A stretch of 64,000 nucleotides of DNA from an uncultured Solirubrobacterales bacterium (GCA_963781325.1 CAWAFK010000001.1:78491-142490), one strand, 5' to 3'; shown: positions 40,459 to 51,185, counted from the stretch's first letter. Numbers and translations: made by a program. The notes: generated by a model from the sequence alone, not told the origin.

Positions 40459-41889
40459 CTATAACGCCGACCGGCGCAGCGCGGGCGCCATGCGGTAGCG
40501 CTCCTCGCGGTACTCCTCCCACAGCAAGTCCAGCGTCGCCGTCACGTGCTTGAGGCCGATTGCGTCGGCCCACGCGAAGGGGCCGCGGGGGTAGTTCATG
40601 CCGAGGGTCATGCCGGCGTCGATGTCCTGCGCGGTGCCGACCCCTTCGCCGAGCGCGAACGCGCACTCGTTGATCACCTGGCAGACGATCCGGGGGAGCA
40701 CCCCGACAGCGGAGGGCTGCACACGCGCGGTGTGCAGGCCGAGCGCCGCGAACGCCCGCTCGCCAACCTCGCCGGTCACCTCGACCAGCCCCCCCTTGAG
40801 CGCCGGCCTGTTCCCCTCGCTAGCCGCGCCAACCAGCCCGAGAGGCACGAGCGCGTAGAAGGGCTCGCCCTCCACGGTTCCGCCGAGTCCCTCGACGACG
40901 ATCTCCGGCCCGGAGCTGCCGGGCGCGAGCTCGCGCAGCGCGTCGGCGACAGGGCCGCTGCCCTGCACCAGGGCGTCGCCGTCGCGCGTGGGCGGCTCGG
41001 GGTCGGGGGGACGGTGGGCGTCGCCGGAGTAGTCGTAGTAGCCGTGCCCGGTCTTGCGCCCGTGCAGCCCGGCGGCGACGCGCTGGGCCTGGATTGGGGA
41101 GGGCCGCCAGCGGGGCTCGCCGAAGGAGAGCTCGTAGAAGCTGCGGGCGACGTCGAAGCCGGTGTCGACCCCCACGAGGTCGGAGAGCTCGAAGGGCCCC
41201 ATGCGAAAGCCGCCGCCTAGGCGCACGATGCGATCGATCGTCTCGATGTCGGCGATCTGCTCGCCCAGCAGCCGCAGCGCCTCCAGGCCGAAGGGGCGGT
41301 TGCAGCGGTTGACGAGGAACCCGGGGCCGTCGGTGGCGCGGATCACGGTCTTGCCCATCGCGCGCCCGGTCGCATCGGCCAGCGCCAGCGCGCCCTCGCT
41401 GGAGCGCAGGCCGGCGATCACCTCGACGAGCGCCATCAGCGGGGCGGGGTTGAAGAAGTGCATCCCCACGACGCGCTCGGGATGCGTGGCGCCGGCGGCG
41501 ATCCCGGTGACCGGCAGCGAGGAGGTGTTGGTCGCGAGCACGCACTCGTCGCTGACGATCTCCGACAGCCGCCCGTAGATCTCGCGCTTGAGCTCGACCC
41601 GCTCGGGGGCGGCCTCGATCACCAGGTCGCACGGCGCAAACGCCTCCAAGCCGGCGACGACCTCCAGACGCTCGGCGGCCGCGCGGGCCTCCTCGGCGGT
41701 GATCCGCCCCTTGGCGGCTTCTTTCTCGAAGCCCCCCCGCACGCGCTCGGCTCCCCGCTGCAGCGCCTCGGGAATCGGGTCGTGCAGCAGCGTGCGCGCC
41801 CCGGCGCGGCAGGCGAGCTGGGCGATGCCGGCGCCCATCGTGCCCGCACCCAGCACGCCGATGATTTGCGCGGCAGGCTTGGCGTTCAT
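40459..41889 (-). CDS. 3-hydroxyacyl-CoA dehydrogenase (PaaH-like, duplicated C-terminal domain)
   Basis: GAGTMG, NTSSL, HFFNP, PGFLVNR, RMGP, NYPRGP. Confidence 0.92.
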   Translation of the reverse strand: MNAKPAAQIIGVLGAGTMGAGIAQLACRAGARTLLHDPIPEALQRGAERVRGGFEKEAAKGRITAEEARAAAERLEVVAGLEAFAPCDLVIEAAPERVELKREIYGRLSEIVSDECVLATNTSSLPVTGIAAGATHPERVVGMHFFNPAPLMALVEVIAGLRSSEGALALADATGRAMGKTVIRATDGPGFLVNRCNRPFGLEALRLLGEQIADIETIDRIVRLGGGFRMGPFELSDLVGVDTGFDVARSFYELSFGEPRWRPSPIQAQRVAAGLHGRKTGHGYYDYSGDAHRPPDPEPPTRDGDALVQGSGPVADALRELAPGSSGPEIVVEGLGGTVEGEPFYALVPLGLVGAASEGNRPALKGGLVEVTGEVGERAFAALGLHTARVQPSAVGVLPRIVCQVINECAFALGEGVGTAQDIDAGMTLGMNYPRGPFAWADAIGLKHVTATLDLLWEEYREERYRMAPALRRSAL

Positions 41890-41890
41890 C

Positions 41891-43051
41891 TCAGGAGGGC
41901 ACCAGCGCGTTGATCCCGGTGAGCGCGCGGCCGATGATCAGTTTCTGGATCTGCGAGGTCCCCTCGTACAGCGTCGTGACGCGCACGTCGCGGAAGTAGC
42001 GCTCGACCGGGTGGTCGTCGACGTAGCCCGCGCCGCCGTGGACCTGGATCGCGGTGTTGGAGCACTCGACCGCGGCCTCGGTCGCGTGCAGCTTGGCGAT
42101 CGAGGTCTCGGTCGTGTTGGGGCGCCCCTTGTCCTTGAGGAACCCCGCCCGCCACACCAGCATCCGCGAGGCGTCGGTCTTCACCGCCATGTCGGCGATC
42201 ATCGCCTGCACGAGCTGGAAGCTTGCGATCGGGCGCCCGAACTGCTCGCGCTCCTTGGCGTATTTGACCGACTCGTCGACGCAGCCCTGGCAGATCCCGA
42301 CGCAGCCGGCGGCGACGGAGTAGCGCCCGGAGTCGAGGGCTGACATCGCGACTTTGAAGCCGTCGCCGACCTCGCCGAGCACCCCGTCCTCGCCGACCTC
42401 GACGTCTTCGAGTGAGATCGAGGCGGTGTCGGAGGCGTGCAGGCCCATCTTGTGCTCGATCGTCTGCGGCTTGAAGCCGGGCTGGTCGGTCTCCACGAGG
42501 AAGCAGGCGAGGCCACGATGGGCCTTCTCGGGGTCGGTCTGGGCGAAGATCAGCGCGAGCTTCGCGTAGTTGCCCATCGAGATCCACATCTTCGCCCCGT
42601 TGATCCCCCAGCCGGAGTCGGTCTTGGTCGCGCGCGTGCGCTGGTTGGCGGCGTCGGAGCCGGTATCGGGCTCGGTCAGGCCGAAGCAGCCCAGCCACTC
42701 GCCGGAGCAGAGTTTGGGCAGGTAGCGCTGCTTCTGCTCCTCGGTGCCCCACTTGAGGATCGCCGAGCACACGAGCGAGGTCTGCACCGAGATGACGGTG
42801 CGCACCGAGGAGCAGCCGCGGCCGATCTCCTCGACGACGAGGCCGTAGCCGAGGTAGTCGAGCCCGGCGCCGCCGTACTCGCGGGGGACGATCGCGCCGA
42901 GGTAGCCCTGGTCGGCGATCTTCTTGACGAGGTCGAGGTCGAAGTGGTGGTTGCGGGCGTTTTCGCGCGCGCGCTCGACGATCTCCTTGTCGGTGAACTC
43001 CCGCGCGGTGTCGCGGATCAGGCGCTGCTCGTCGGTTAGGTCGAAGTCCAT
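41891..43051 (-). CDS. Acyl-CoA dehydrogenase
   Basis: LTEPDTGSDA, REQFGRPI, QVHGG.GY, YEGTSQIQ. Confidence 0.95.
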   Translation of the reverse strand: MDFDLTDEQRLIRDTAREFTDKEIVERARENARNHHFDLDLVKKIADQGYLGAIVPREYGGAGLDYLGYGLVVEEIGRGCSSVRTVISVQTSLVCSAILKWGTEEQKQRYLPKLCSGEWLGCFGLTEPDTGSDAANQRTRATKTDSGWGINGAKMWISMGNYAKLALIFAQTDPEKAHRGLACFLVETDQPGFKPQTIEHKMGLHASDTASISLEDVEVGEDGVLGEVGDGFKVAMSALDSGRYSVAAGCVGICQGCVDESVKYAKEREQFGRPIASFQLVQAMIADMAVKTDASRMLVWRAGFLKDKGRPNTTETSIAKLHATEAAVECSNTAIQVHGGAGYVDDHPVERYFRDVRVTTLYEGTSQIQKLIIGRALTGINALVPS

Positions 43052-43103
43052 GTCGCTCCTATCTTCCGCCAGCGGCGAAGGTCACGCCGGTGGAGGGTGC
43101 CGG

Positions 43104-43180
43104 TATATACAAAGGTGGGCAGGCGCTGCGACTTAGGTATATACAAAGGTAGATAAGGTGGCTTAGATATATACAAAGGT
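43104..43180. promoter_or_regulatory. Three TATATACAAAGGT boxes upstream of the acyl-CoA dehydrogenase
   Basis: Exact 13-mers at 43104, 43138 and 43168 in an AT-rich patch. Confidence 0.6.
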
Positions 43181-43215
43181 CGCTGCGTTTGGGGGGTGCG
43201 GATGTATATGTACTT

Positions 43216-43251
43216 TTTAAAAGGCGTGTGCCATTGCGCACACCTTTTAAA
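43216..43251. terminator. AT-flanked hairpin downstream of glyQS
   Basis: TTTAAAAGG-C-GTGTGC-CATT-GCGCAC-A-CCTTTTAAA. Confidence 0.55.
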
Positions 43252-43321
43252 TTTTTCAATACTTCTTCCGCTCCTTTCACAATCTCATCTCAGCCTGCCT
43301 CTCCTGCCTCTCCTGCCTCTC

Positions 43322-44706
43322 TCATGCGAGCTTTGGCGTTGTCCACGGCGCCTGCACCCGCCGCTGCAGCTCATGCGCCAGCCCCTCGATCGGCAGGCGC
43401 TCCTGTGTGAGCGAGTCGCGATCGCGCACGGTCACGGTGCCCTCTGTGACGCTGTCGTGGTCGATCGTCACGCAGAAGGGCGTCCCGATCTCGTCCTGGC
43501 GGCGGTAGCGCTTGCCGATCGCTCCGCCGTCGTCGTACTCGGCCTGCACCAAACCGCGCATCGCGCGGTACACCTCCTGCGCCAGCTCGGGCTGGCCGTC
43601 CTTCTTGACGAGCGGCAGCACCGCAACCTTCACGGGCGCGAGGCGTGGATGCAGGCGCAAGACAGTGCGGCGCTCGCCCTCGCCCGTGCCCTCGCGCTCG
43701 ACGACTTCCTCGTCGTAGGCGTCGACCATGAACGCCAGCGTCGCCCGGTCGGCCCCCGCCGCCGGCTCGATCACGTGCGGCACGTAGCGCTCGCCGGTGG
43801 CCTGGTCGAAGTACTCGAGCTTCTCCCCGGAGAACTTGGCGTGCTGGGTGAGGTCGAAGTCGCCGCGGTTGGCGATCCCCTCGAGCTCCGACCAGCCGAT
43901 GGGGAATAGGTACTCGACGTCGCTGGTGCCCGAGGAGTAGTGCGAGAGCTCGTCGGGGTCGTGCGCGCGCAGACGCAGGTGGTCGGGGCGCAGGCCGAGC
44001 TCGGTGTACCAGCGCATCCGCTCGGCGAGCCAGTGCTCGAACCACGTGCTGGGCTTCGGCGGGGGGGACGAAGAACTCCATCTCCATCTGCTCGAACTCG
44101 CGCGTGCGGAAGATGAAGTTGCCGGGGGTGATCTCGTTGCGGAAGGACTTGCCGATCTGGGCGATCCCGAACGGCGGCTTCTTGCGCGAGAACTGCAGCA
44201 CGTTCTTGAAGTTGATGAAGATCCCCTGCGCGGTCTCGGGGCGCAGGTAGGCGGTCGCGCCCGACTCCTTGACGGGCCCGATCGTGGTCTCGAACATCAG
44301 GTTGAAGTCGCGCGCCTCGGTCAGGTCGCACTCCTCGGTCTCGCCGGGGTGCTTGGAGGGTTTGCGCCCACACTGCCAGGTCGCCGAGGTGGTCGGCGCG
44401 GAAGCGCTGCCCGCAGGTGCGGCAGTCCACCAGCGGGTCGGTGAAGCCCGCGAGGTGGCCGGAGGCCTCCCACACGCGCGGGTGCTGCAGGATCGCCGAG
44501 TCGAGCGCCACGATGTCGTCGCGCTCGGAGAGCATCGCGCGCCACCACTCGTTCTTGACGTTGCCCTTCAGCAGCACCCCGTAGTGGCCGAAGTCGTAGG
44601 TCGAGCCGACCCCTCCGTAGATCTCCGAGGAGGGGAAGATGAAGCCGCGGCGCTTGCACAGCGCCACGATCTTGTCCATGCTCACGATGTCTGTGGGCTC
44701 GGTCAT
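43322..44706 (-). CDS. glyQS: Glycine--tRNA ligase, class II homodimeric type (two frameshifts near 44375 and 44045)
   Basis: [67 protein letters not shown]. Confidence 0.93.
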
Positions 44707-45167
44707 CGGCGCCGGATGGTATTCGAGGCCGGCGAGACTATGGGTCCATCCCCCTCTCGAGCTTGCGCGTCTGGCTCGTGGGCCGCTATGGGCCGCCATG
44801 TCCAACTCAAAAAAACTGTCTTTGACATATCCCTCTTGACAAGACTCTCGTTTTGTGTTTTCATTTGGGTGGATGGCAGGGATCTACCCGAGGGACAGGC
44901 AGGGGAGGGCCAGACAAGGCTGAACGTCTTGCTGCCGGAGCTTGCTCGAGCGCCGCTACCCATACCTCTCCGGTGGCGCTCGAGGAAGCCTCGGCACAGA
45001 CCGAGGCTCAGTGCCGGTCTCCTCACAAGGGCGCCGTGGCCACGATGGCCGCGGCGCCCAATTTTTCAGGGCCTCCCTGCTTGGCGGCCCACCCGCTCGT
45101 CCACCACCCGCCCACCCGCCCACCCGCCCACCAGCACGGTCGGCCGTAGTGCGGCTAGGCTCCGGCG

Positions 45168-45663
45168 GTGGCGCGACTGCTGATCGTCGGGGGCGGCTGC
45201 CGCGGCCTGCGGCTCGCCGAGGAGGCGGAGCGGGAGGGGCACGCCGTGCGCATCGTCACCCGCACCGAGGACCGCCGCGCACAGATCGAGGCGGCCGGCG
45301 CGGAGTGCTGGATCGGCGACCCCAACCGCCTCGGCACGCTGCGCGGCGCGCTGGACGGGGTCACGATCGCCTGCTGGCTGCTGGGCGGCGCCACAGGTCC
45401 CGAGGAGCAGCTGCGGGCGCTGCACGGCGCGCGCCTGCGCGCCTTCCTGGAGAGCGCGATCGACACCACCGTGCGCGGCGTCCTCTACGAGGCCGCCGGG
45501 ATCCTCCCCGCCCGCCGACGCCCTTGCCGAGGGCGAGCGGATCGCGCGGGAGATTGCCCGCCGCAACTCGATCCCGCTGGCCATCCTGCGCGCCGACCCC
45601 GCCGACATGCCCAGCTGGCTGGAGCAGGCGCGCGGGGGGCTGTCCTCGATGTTGGCCCCCTGA
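45168..45663 (+). CDS. NAD(P)-binding Rossmann-fold protein (frameshift near 45520)
   Basis: LIVGGGCRG dinucleotide-binding motif; continuation in another frame to the TGA at 45663. Confidence 0.65.
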
Positions 45664-45716
45664 AGCCGACCAGAGAGGACTGGCAAAGGGCTACGCGCGC
45701 CGCGCGGCGGGGTGCC

Positions 45717-46307
45717 TCACGGCTCGACGGATGGCGCGCCGCCGGCGGGCAGGATCGCGTCGATGTGCTCGTCGGCGGGCAGGATTGCGTCGATGTGCTC
45801 GTAGAGGTTGTCCAGGATGCGCGCGGTGGCGCCCCAGATGAGGTGCTCGGCGACGATGTAAGCGTCGGTTTCGAAGGAGATCCCACGGCGTTCCATCGGC
45901 GTGCGCGTCCGGCTGTCGCGCAGGGCGTGCAGCGGCAGCTCCAGCACGGCGTCGACCTCGCGCGGGGAGGGGCGCCAGCTCTGACCGATCGAAGATCGGC
46001 GAGCGGGGATCAGCCCGACAAAGGGGTGGATCAGGTAGCCGGTCACGAACGTGGAGACCGGCGGGAGCTCGCCGAGCACCCTCACCTCCCCGCGCGCCAA
46101 GCCGATCTCCTCTTCGGCCTCGCGCAGCGCCGTCTCGCGCAGGTCGGGGTCCTCCGGGTCGCGCCGCCCGCCGGGGAAGGAGATCTCGCCCGCGTGGCGG
46201 CGCAGGTCGGCGCGACGGCGGGTGAGCACCGCGTGAGGCTCGCCGTCCGCGGCGCGGAACAGCGGCACCAGCACCGCTGCCGCAACCTGATCCGGCGCGC
46301 CGGCCAG
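45717..46307 (-). CDS. CoA pyrophosphatase (Nudix); start uncertain
   Basis: AAVL, LT.R...LR.HAGEISFPGG, TALREAEEEIGL, IWGATA. Confidence 0.9.
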   Translation of the reverse strand: MAGAPDQVAAAVLVPLFRAADGEPHAVLTRRRADLRRHAGEISFPGGRRDPEDPDLRETALREAEEEIGLARGEVRVLGELPPVSTFVTGYLIHPFVGLIPARRSSIGQSWRPSPREVDAVLELPLHALRDSRTRTPMERRGISFETDAYIVAEHLIWGATARILDNLYEHIDAILPADEHIDAILPAGGAPSVEP

Positions 46308-46308
46308 C

Positions 46309-46737
46309 TCAGGCCGCCGCGCTCGCCGCGGGCCGGAGCGGGGCAATCCGCTCGAGGCGTTCCTCGAACATCACCTCGCCGTCGAGCGTGCGGTGCACGG
46401 GGCACTTCGCCGCGATCACCCGCAGACGCTCCATCTGCTCGGAGGGAAGATCCTCGGGCAGCCGCACCACGAGCTCGAACCGCGTCGGGCAGCCCCGCTC
46501 GGCGGGGGTGTACTCCACCTCCACCTCCACCTCTCCGATCTCCCAGCCCTTGCGGGCCGCATACATCTCCAGCGTGATCGCCGTGCACGACGCGAGGCTC
46601 GCCGCCAGCAGCTCCTGGGGGTCGGGACCGGCGTCGCCGCCCCCCGCCTCGGTGCCCTCGTCGATCGTGAGCTGGTGGTCGCGCACCCGCACACTGTGCC
46701 TGAACGTCCCCTCGTTGCGCTTCGCTGTCGCCTTCAT
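46309..46737 (-). CDS. OsmC-family protein
   Basis: GP.PQELL.ASLASCT, KCPVHRTL. Confidence 0.92.
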   Translation of the reverse strand: MKATAKRNEGTFRHSVRVRDHQLTIDEGTEAGGGDAGPDPQELLAASLASCTAITLEMYAARKGWEIGEVEVEVEYTPAERGCPTRFELVVRLPEDLPSEQMERLRVIAAKCPVHRTLDGEVMFEERLERIAPLRPAASAAA

Positions 46738-46833
46738 CGCTCTACGCCTTTCCGATCCGGTCGTCACCCAATCACCTCCCCACTACAGATGGTAGTTATG
46801 TAAGGAGCTTTTCCAAGGAGGTTGGATACGGGG

Positions 46834-48207
46834 TCAAAGGGGGTTGAACAGCAACCCCGTCAGCAGCTTGGGAAAGAAGAAAGTGGACTTCGGCGGCATG
46901 TTCTCGCCGGCCGCCGCCACGTCTCTGACTTGCGCCACCGGGGTCGGTCGCATCAGGAAGGCGACGTCGTACTCGCCGCTCGCACCAGCTCGATCGCCTC
47001 GTCGGCGCTCGCGGGCGTAGCGGAAGTCGTGCAGGTGGGAGATGTCCTCGTCGGAGAGACCCAGCGCGCCCTTCAGCAGCAGCGCCTCCAGCACGCCCGT
47101 GTCCAGGCGCCGGTAGGCCTCGGAGAAGCCGGGCAGGGCGGCGTCGGCGATCGCCTGATCCTTCAGCGTCAGCCGCAGCGGGCGCTGAGTGTGCGAGTCG
47201 ATGTAGCCGAGCTGCAGTAGGTCCTCGCCGGGCGTCGGCGCAAGCTGCCCCAGCGGCTCAGCGGGCGTCGGCGAAAGCTGCCGCAGCGGCATCTCAGCGG
47301 GCGTCGGCGCAAGCTGATCGAGCGGCACCTCCGTGAGCTCGAAGTCGCGGCGCAGCGCGTCCGCCAGCGCCTCGCGGCGTGCGGCGTCGAGGCCCTTGAC
47401 GAGGCGATGGGTTGGGAACACCGTGAGCCCGGGATCCTCGAGCGCCACCAAGCACATCAGCACGTAGCGGTGATCGCCCTCCCCGCCCACCTCCTCGGCG
47501 TAGGCACGCGCGGTCTCATAGCGATGGTGGCCGTCGGCGATCAGCAGCTCGGAGTCGCGCGCGGCGGCCTGCACCGCGGCGATGACCGCCTCGTCGGCGA
47601 CCCGCCACAGGCGATGGACGGTGCCCTCCGCGTCGGTCGCCTCGCCCCACGGCGCCTGCGCGGTGACCGGCTCGAGCGCCCGCCACGCCGCCCCGGCGGG
47701 GTCGGAGTAGAGCGAGAAGATCGGCGACATGTTGGCGCGCGTGGCGCGCGTCAGGCGCAGCCGGTCCTTCTTCGGACCCGGGTGCGTGCGCTCGTGCGGG
47801 CGCACCCGCCCCGCCCCGTACTCCTCGACGCGCACCCTGCAGAAGAACCCGCGCCGGGTCTGCGCCACTCCGTCGGGGCCGGTGTACTGCTGCGTGTGCG
47901 CCCAGATCGCGGGCTGCGAGTCGCGCACCACGGCGCCCTGCAGCCGCCAGCTCTCGAACAGCTCCCCCGCCGCCCGGTAGGGATCGGCGAGCTCGCTCGA
48001 GACGCTCTCCTGCCCATCGGCGCCGCCCTTGCCGGCGGTGGGCGCACGCGGGAGATCCACCGCGACCACGTTGAACGGGGAGCGCGCGATCAGCGCGGCC
48101 CGCTGCGCGGCGTCGATCACGTCGTAGGGCGGGGCAACCACGTCGCCGAGGGCTCCCACCACGGAGAGGTCATAGTGCAGCGCGCGCAGGGGTCGAACGT
48201 CAGCCAT
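46834..48207 (-). CDS. DUF1015 family protein
   Basis: PPYDVI, PHE.T, IADGHHRYETA, PTHR, MP.KST.F.PK. Confidence 0.92.
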   Translation of the reverse strand: MADVRPLRALHYDLSVVGALGDVVAPPYDVIDAAQRAALIARSPFNVVAVDLPRAPTAGKGGADGQESVSSELADPYRAAGELFESWRLQGAVVRDSQPAIWAHTQQYTGPDGVAQTRRGFFCRVRVEEYGAGRVRPHERTHPGPKKDRLRLTRATRANMSPIFSLYSDPAGAAWRALEPVTAQAPWGEATDAEGTVHRLWRVADEAVIAAVQAAARDSELLIADGHHRYETARAYAEEVGGEGDHRYVLMCLVALEDPGLTVFPTHRLVKGLDAARREALADALRRDFELTEVPLDQLAPTPAEMPLRQLSPTPAEPLGQLAPTPGEDLLQLGYIDSHTQRPLRLTLKDQAIADAALPGFSEAYRRLDTGVLEALLLKGALGLSDEDISHLHDFRYARERRRGDRAGASGEYDVAFLMRPTPVAQVRDVAAAGENMPPKSTFFFPKLLTGLLFNPL

Positions 48208-48338
48208 CGCGGGGCGGGACCCTAGCAGCGAGCGAGCGGGCGCGGGTGTTTTGGTTGGGGATGGGGAGGGGGGCTCGCGCTGGGCAGACAGCCGTCCGAG
48301 CGTGGAAAGCGGTGGGTGGCAGTAGACTGAGTGCGCGT

Positions 48339-48412
48339 CGGGGCGTGGCGCAGCCTGGTAGCGCGCGGCCTTTGGGTGGCCGAGGTCCCCAGTTCGAATC
48401 TGGGCGCCCCGA
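48339..48412 (+). tRNA. tRNA-Pro (anticodon TGG), CCA not encoded
   Basis: Acceptor CGGGGCG/CGCCCCG, D-loop TGGTA, anticodon stem CGGCC/GGCCG with loop TTTGGGT, T-loop TTCGAAT. Confidence 0.96.
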
Positions 48413-48752
48413 TAACCTTCAGATTCCGCGAACAGCCGCGAATAGAGGCGAAGAAAAGCGCAATAGGGCGAGCAGGCGCGAAACTCGCTGGAGCCATACG
48501 GACGGGTCGTCGCAGGCGCCGGGGTATCACCGGCAGTACACGCGCCCGGGCGATCGGTGGCGTCTCACACAACGTTGGCAGAGAGGGTGCTTCAGAAAGA
48601 TCAAGCGGCGAGCTCGCAAAGATACTTTGGCGCAGTCCAACGCGCGTAGGCGCGAGTCCTCACGGCCGCTAGGGGTCGGATTCCGCCATGTTCGCGAGAG
48701 ACGCCAGGCACCGTGCGCGACAATTCTGCTGCAATCATGCTACGCTAGCTTG

Positions 48753-49109
48753 ATGTCCGTTCCTGCCCTCGCTCCGCAGCCGCTTATCCGGGAGGCGGTC
48801 TACCTCCATGAGATAGCCCAGCTCACGGATGCCGATATCGCCCGCGCGACGGGTGTGGCTCGCAGTACTGCGCGGGCATGGTTGGCCCATACCCGCTCCC
48901 CGACGGGCGAGCGGGCGGAGCGGCTGATCGAGCTGTCGGCGCTCGTGGAGCGGCTGGCGCGTGTGATGGAGCCGTCATACATCGCGGTGTGGCTGCGAAA
49001 GCCGGTGCCTGCGCTTCAGGAGCGCAAGCCGATCGACGTGATCGCGAGCGGCAACTACATGCAGGTCGCGGAGTTGGTCTCCGGGCTCGAAGAGGCTCCT
49101 TTCTCGTAG
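48753..49109 (+). CDS. Xre/MbcA/ParS-type antitoxin
   Basis: HTH DIARATGVARSTARAW plus WL..P.PAL...PIDVI; TACGCT 6 nt before the ATG (leaderless). Confidence 0.85.
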   Translation: MSVPALAPQPLIREAVYLHEIAQLTDADIARATGVARSTARAWLAHTRSPTGERAERLIELSALVERLARVMEPSYIAVWLRKPVPALQERKPIDVIASGNYMQVAELVSGLEEAPFS

Positions 49110-49118
49110 GCCGTTGAC

Positions 49119-49646
49119 GTGCGCTCTCCCGTAGCGCGAGGGTCGGTCTCCGGTTCGTGGTGGCGGCAGATTCCTCACGGCTCCGACCCGCTCTGGCTTG
49201 CCTCTCCTCCATCGAGTGGCCGCTGGCAACGTGGCGAGAGGGTCGCGGCCATTTACTTCGCCGACGAGGAGTCGACGGCGTGGGCGGAGTGGTACTGGCT
49301 ACTCGCCGAGACGGCGCTGCCGCCGACCCACGGGATGCCACGGGACATTTGGCGCTGGACGATCGCCGTAGGCGACATCGCCGTCCTCTCGACTCCAGCC
49401 AAGCTCGCCGAGGTCGATCTGCCCGTTCCAGTCCCGAGTCGCAGGAATTGGGCTCCCTTCCAAGCCGTCGGTGAGCAGCTTCACCGCGAGGGATACCGCG
49501 GAGTGCTCTACCCGAGCGCTGCACGCCCGGATCACCAGGCGCTATGTCTTTTCCGGGACGGCATCACAATTTCTGGCGCTGATCCGGTTCGCCCGCCCGT
49601 GACCCACCGAGACCCGCCGGCGCCCCCCACCGGGATGCGCACGTGA
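49119..49646 (+). CDS. RES-domain toxin
   Basis: R, GRW, IY.A....AWAE, Q.VG..L...G..G..YPSAAR motifs; follows the antitoxin. Confidence 0.88.
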   Translation: MRSPVARGSVSGSWWRQIPHGSDPLWLASPPSSGRWQRGERVAAIYFADEESTAWAEWYWLLAETALPPTHGMPRDIWRWTIAVGDIAVLSTPAKLAEVDLPVPVPSRRNWAPFQAVGEQLHREGYRGVLYPSAARPDHQALCLFRDGITISGADPVRPPVTHRDPPAPPTGMRT

Positions 49647-50060
49647 GTGTCGGCCAGTAGTGCGGAGACTGTCTTTGCGTCCTCCTGTATGGCATGGCAC
49701 ACCGGGTCTCGGCGAGCGAGAAGCCCGGTATCGAGGTGGTCTGGAGGGCCGCAAATGGGCCGCAGAAGCCCGAATCACCTTTATCCAAGCCAACTCTAAC
49801 CGTTCGCCCCGATAGCTTCATGTAGGACAAGCACGCGCGAACACAGGTCGGGCTCTCGACAGATTTGCACGCACTCGGGCGCGAGTGGGAGCGGCAAGGT
49901 CGGAGAGGATCTTCATCCCAGGCGCGGACCCGGTACGCCGGCGCGGACCCTGTACGCCCACCCCTCACCCACCGAGACCCGCCCGCGCCACCGACTGGCC
50001 TGCGCTAAAGGCCGCTTAGAGATAAAACGATTATGCGTATAAACGTATACACTATGAACC

Positions 50061-51185
50061 ATGATCTTTCGGACCCCTGAAGCGGAGCCCCATTTACTCG
50101 CCCAACTCGCGGACTTGGATGAGCTACGCGGGCGGCTGGGCGACCAGGCTGGAATCGCCGGCCCGTGGTTGGGCAGCCTGCGCCGGCAGTGGCGAGCAGC
50201 CTCAGCCGAGAGCTCGATCGAGATCGAGGGCTTTCGCGTGCCGGCGGACGAGAGGATCGCCCTGGCAAGCGGTGACGAGCAGGCCGATCCAGGCGATGAC
50301 AATCGCATGGCGCTCTCCTGCTACGCCCGTGCCATGGACCATGTTGGCGTGATGTCCGACGATCTCACGTTCCGCTGGAACGAGCGTGTCGTGCTCGACC
50401 TGCACTTCGATGCGTGTTACTTCCAGAAGGACAAAGACCCAGGCAGGTACCGCCGTGGTGGGATCGAGGTGACGAATCCGGGCGGCGGGCCGCCGGCCTA
50501 CGTGGGGCCGGCCGCCGGAGAGGTGCCGGCGCTCATGGGCGAGGTCATCGGATGGCTCGATCACGGGGATCCCGACGCGCATCTCGTTGTGCGCGCGGCG
50601 ATGGCTCATCTGCACCTCGTCTCGGTGCACCCGTTCCGCGACGGCAACGGACGGATCTCGCGCATCGTACAGTCGCTCGTCCTTGCCCGTGGAGGGCTGT
50701 TGGCGCCAGAGTTCGTCTCGATCGAGGAGTACCTCGGCCGCAACACCGCCGCGTACTACGCCACGCTCCAGGCCGTTCAAGGCGGGACCTATCGGCCTGA
50801 GCGCGACGCAGCGCCATGGGTGCGATTCTGCGTCGCCGCCCACCTCGAGCAGGCTCGCCTGCGACTGGAGCAGCTCGCCGAGGCGGGCAGGCGATGGGCG
50901 TATCTGGAGGCGCTCGTAGAGCGGCGCGAATGGCCCGACCGGCTGGTGATCGCGCTCGAGCAGAGTCTCTTCCGGGGAGCCGACAGAGCTGCCTACGCCG
51001 CCGAGGCGGACGTGTCTGCCCCCACCGCGAGCAGCGACCTCAGACGCCTCCTCGACGCCGGGCTAATCGCCCAGCAAGGGAGGGGACGAGCCACGCGGTA
51101 CGTGGCGAGCGATGGCCTGCGCCGCGATCTGAGCCTGCATCTCGACCCTGGGCAGTCGGGCACCTTATTGGATGTTGTGTCCTAG
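50061..51185 (+). CDS. Fic-family protein with C-terminal HTH
   Basis: SS.IEG, canonical HPFRDGNGRISR; TACACT 7 nt before the ATG. Confidence 0.93.
   Translation: MIFRTPEAEPHLLAQLADLDELRGRLGDQAGIAGPWLGSLRRQWRAASAESSIEIEGFRVPADERIALASGDEQADPGDDNRMALSCYARAMDHVGVMSDDLTFRWNERVVLDLHFDACYFQKDKDPGRYRRGGIEVTNPGGGPPAYVGPAAGEVPALMGEVIGWLDHGDPDAHLVVRAAMAHLHLVSVHPFRDGNGRISRIVQSLVLARGGLLAPEFVSIEEYLGRNTAAYYATLQAVQGGTYRPERDAAPWVRFCVAAHLEQARLRLEQLAEAGRRWAYLEALVERREWPDRLVIALEQSLFRGADRAAYAAEADVSAPTASSDLRRLLDAGLIAQQGRGRATRYVASDGLRRDLSLHLDPGQSGTLLDVVS

Noticed and set aside
43104-43180. Mini-CRISPR
   Set aside because: The repeat is only 13-19 bp with 17-21-bp gaps; too short, and no cas context.
43322-44706. 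glyQS, cydD, cydC, MFS, SCO, TlpA and others as pseudogenes or programmed frameshifts
   Set aside because: Scattered single-base indels, including two in an essential synthetase and some in homopolymers, fit long-read consensus error better; needs read-level polishing to confirm.
44710-45160. T-box riboswitch upstream of glyQS
   Set aside because: No GGTGGNACCGCG T-box sequence or stem I motifs; only an AT-rich patch and CCCACCCG microrepeats.
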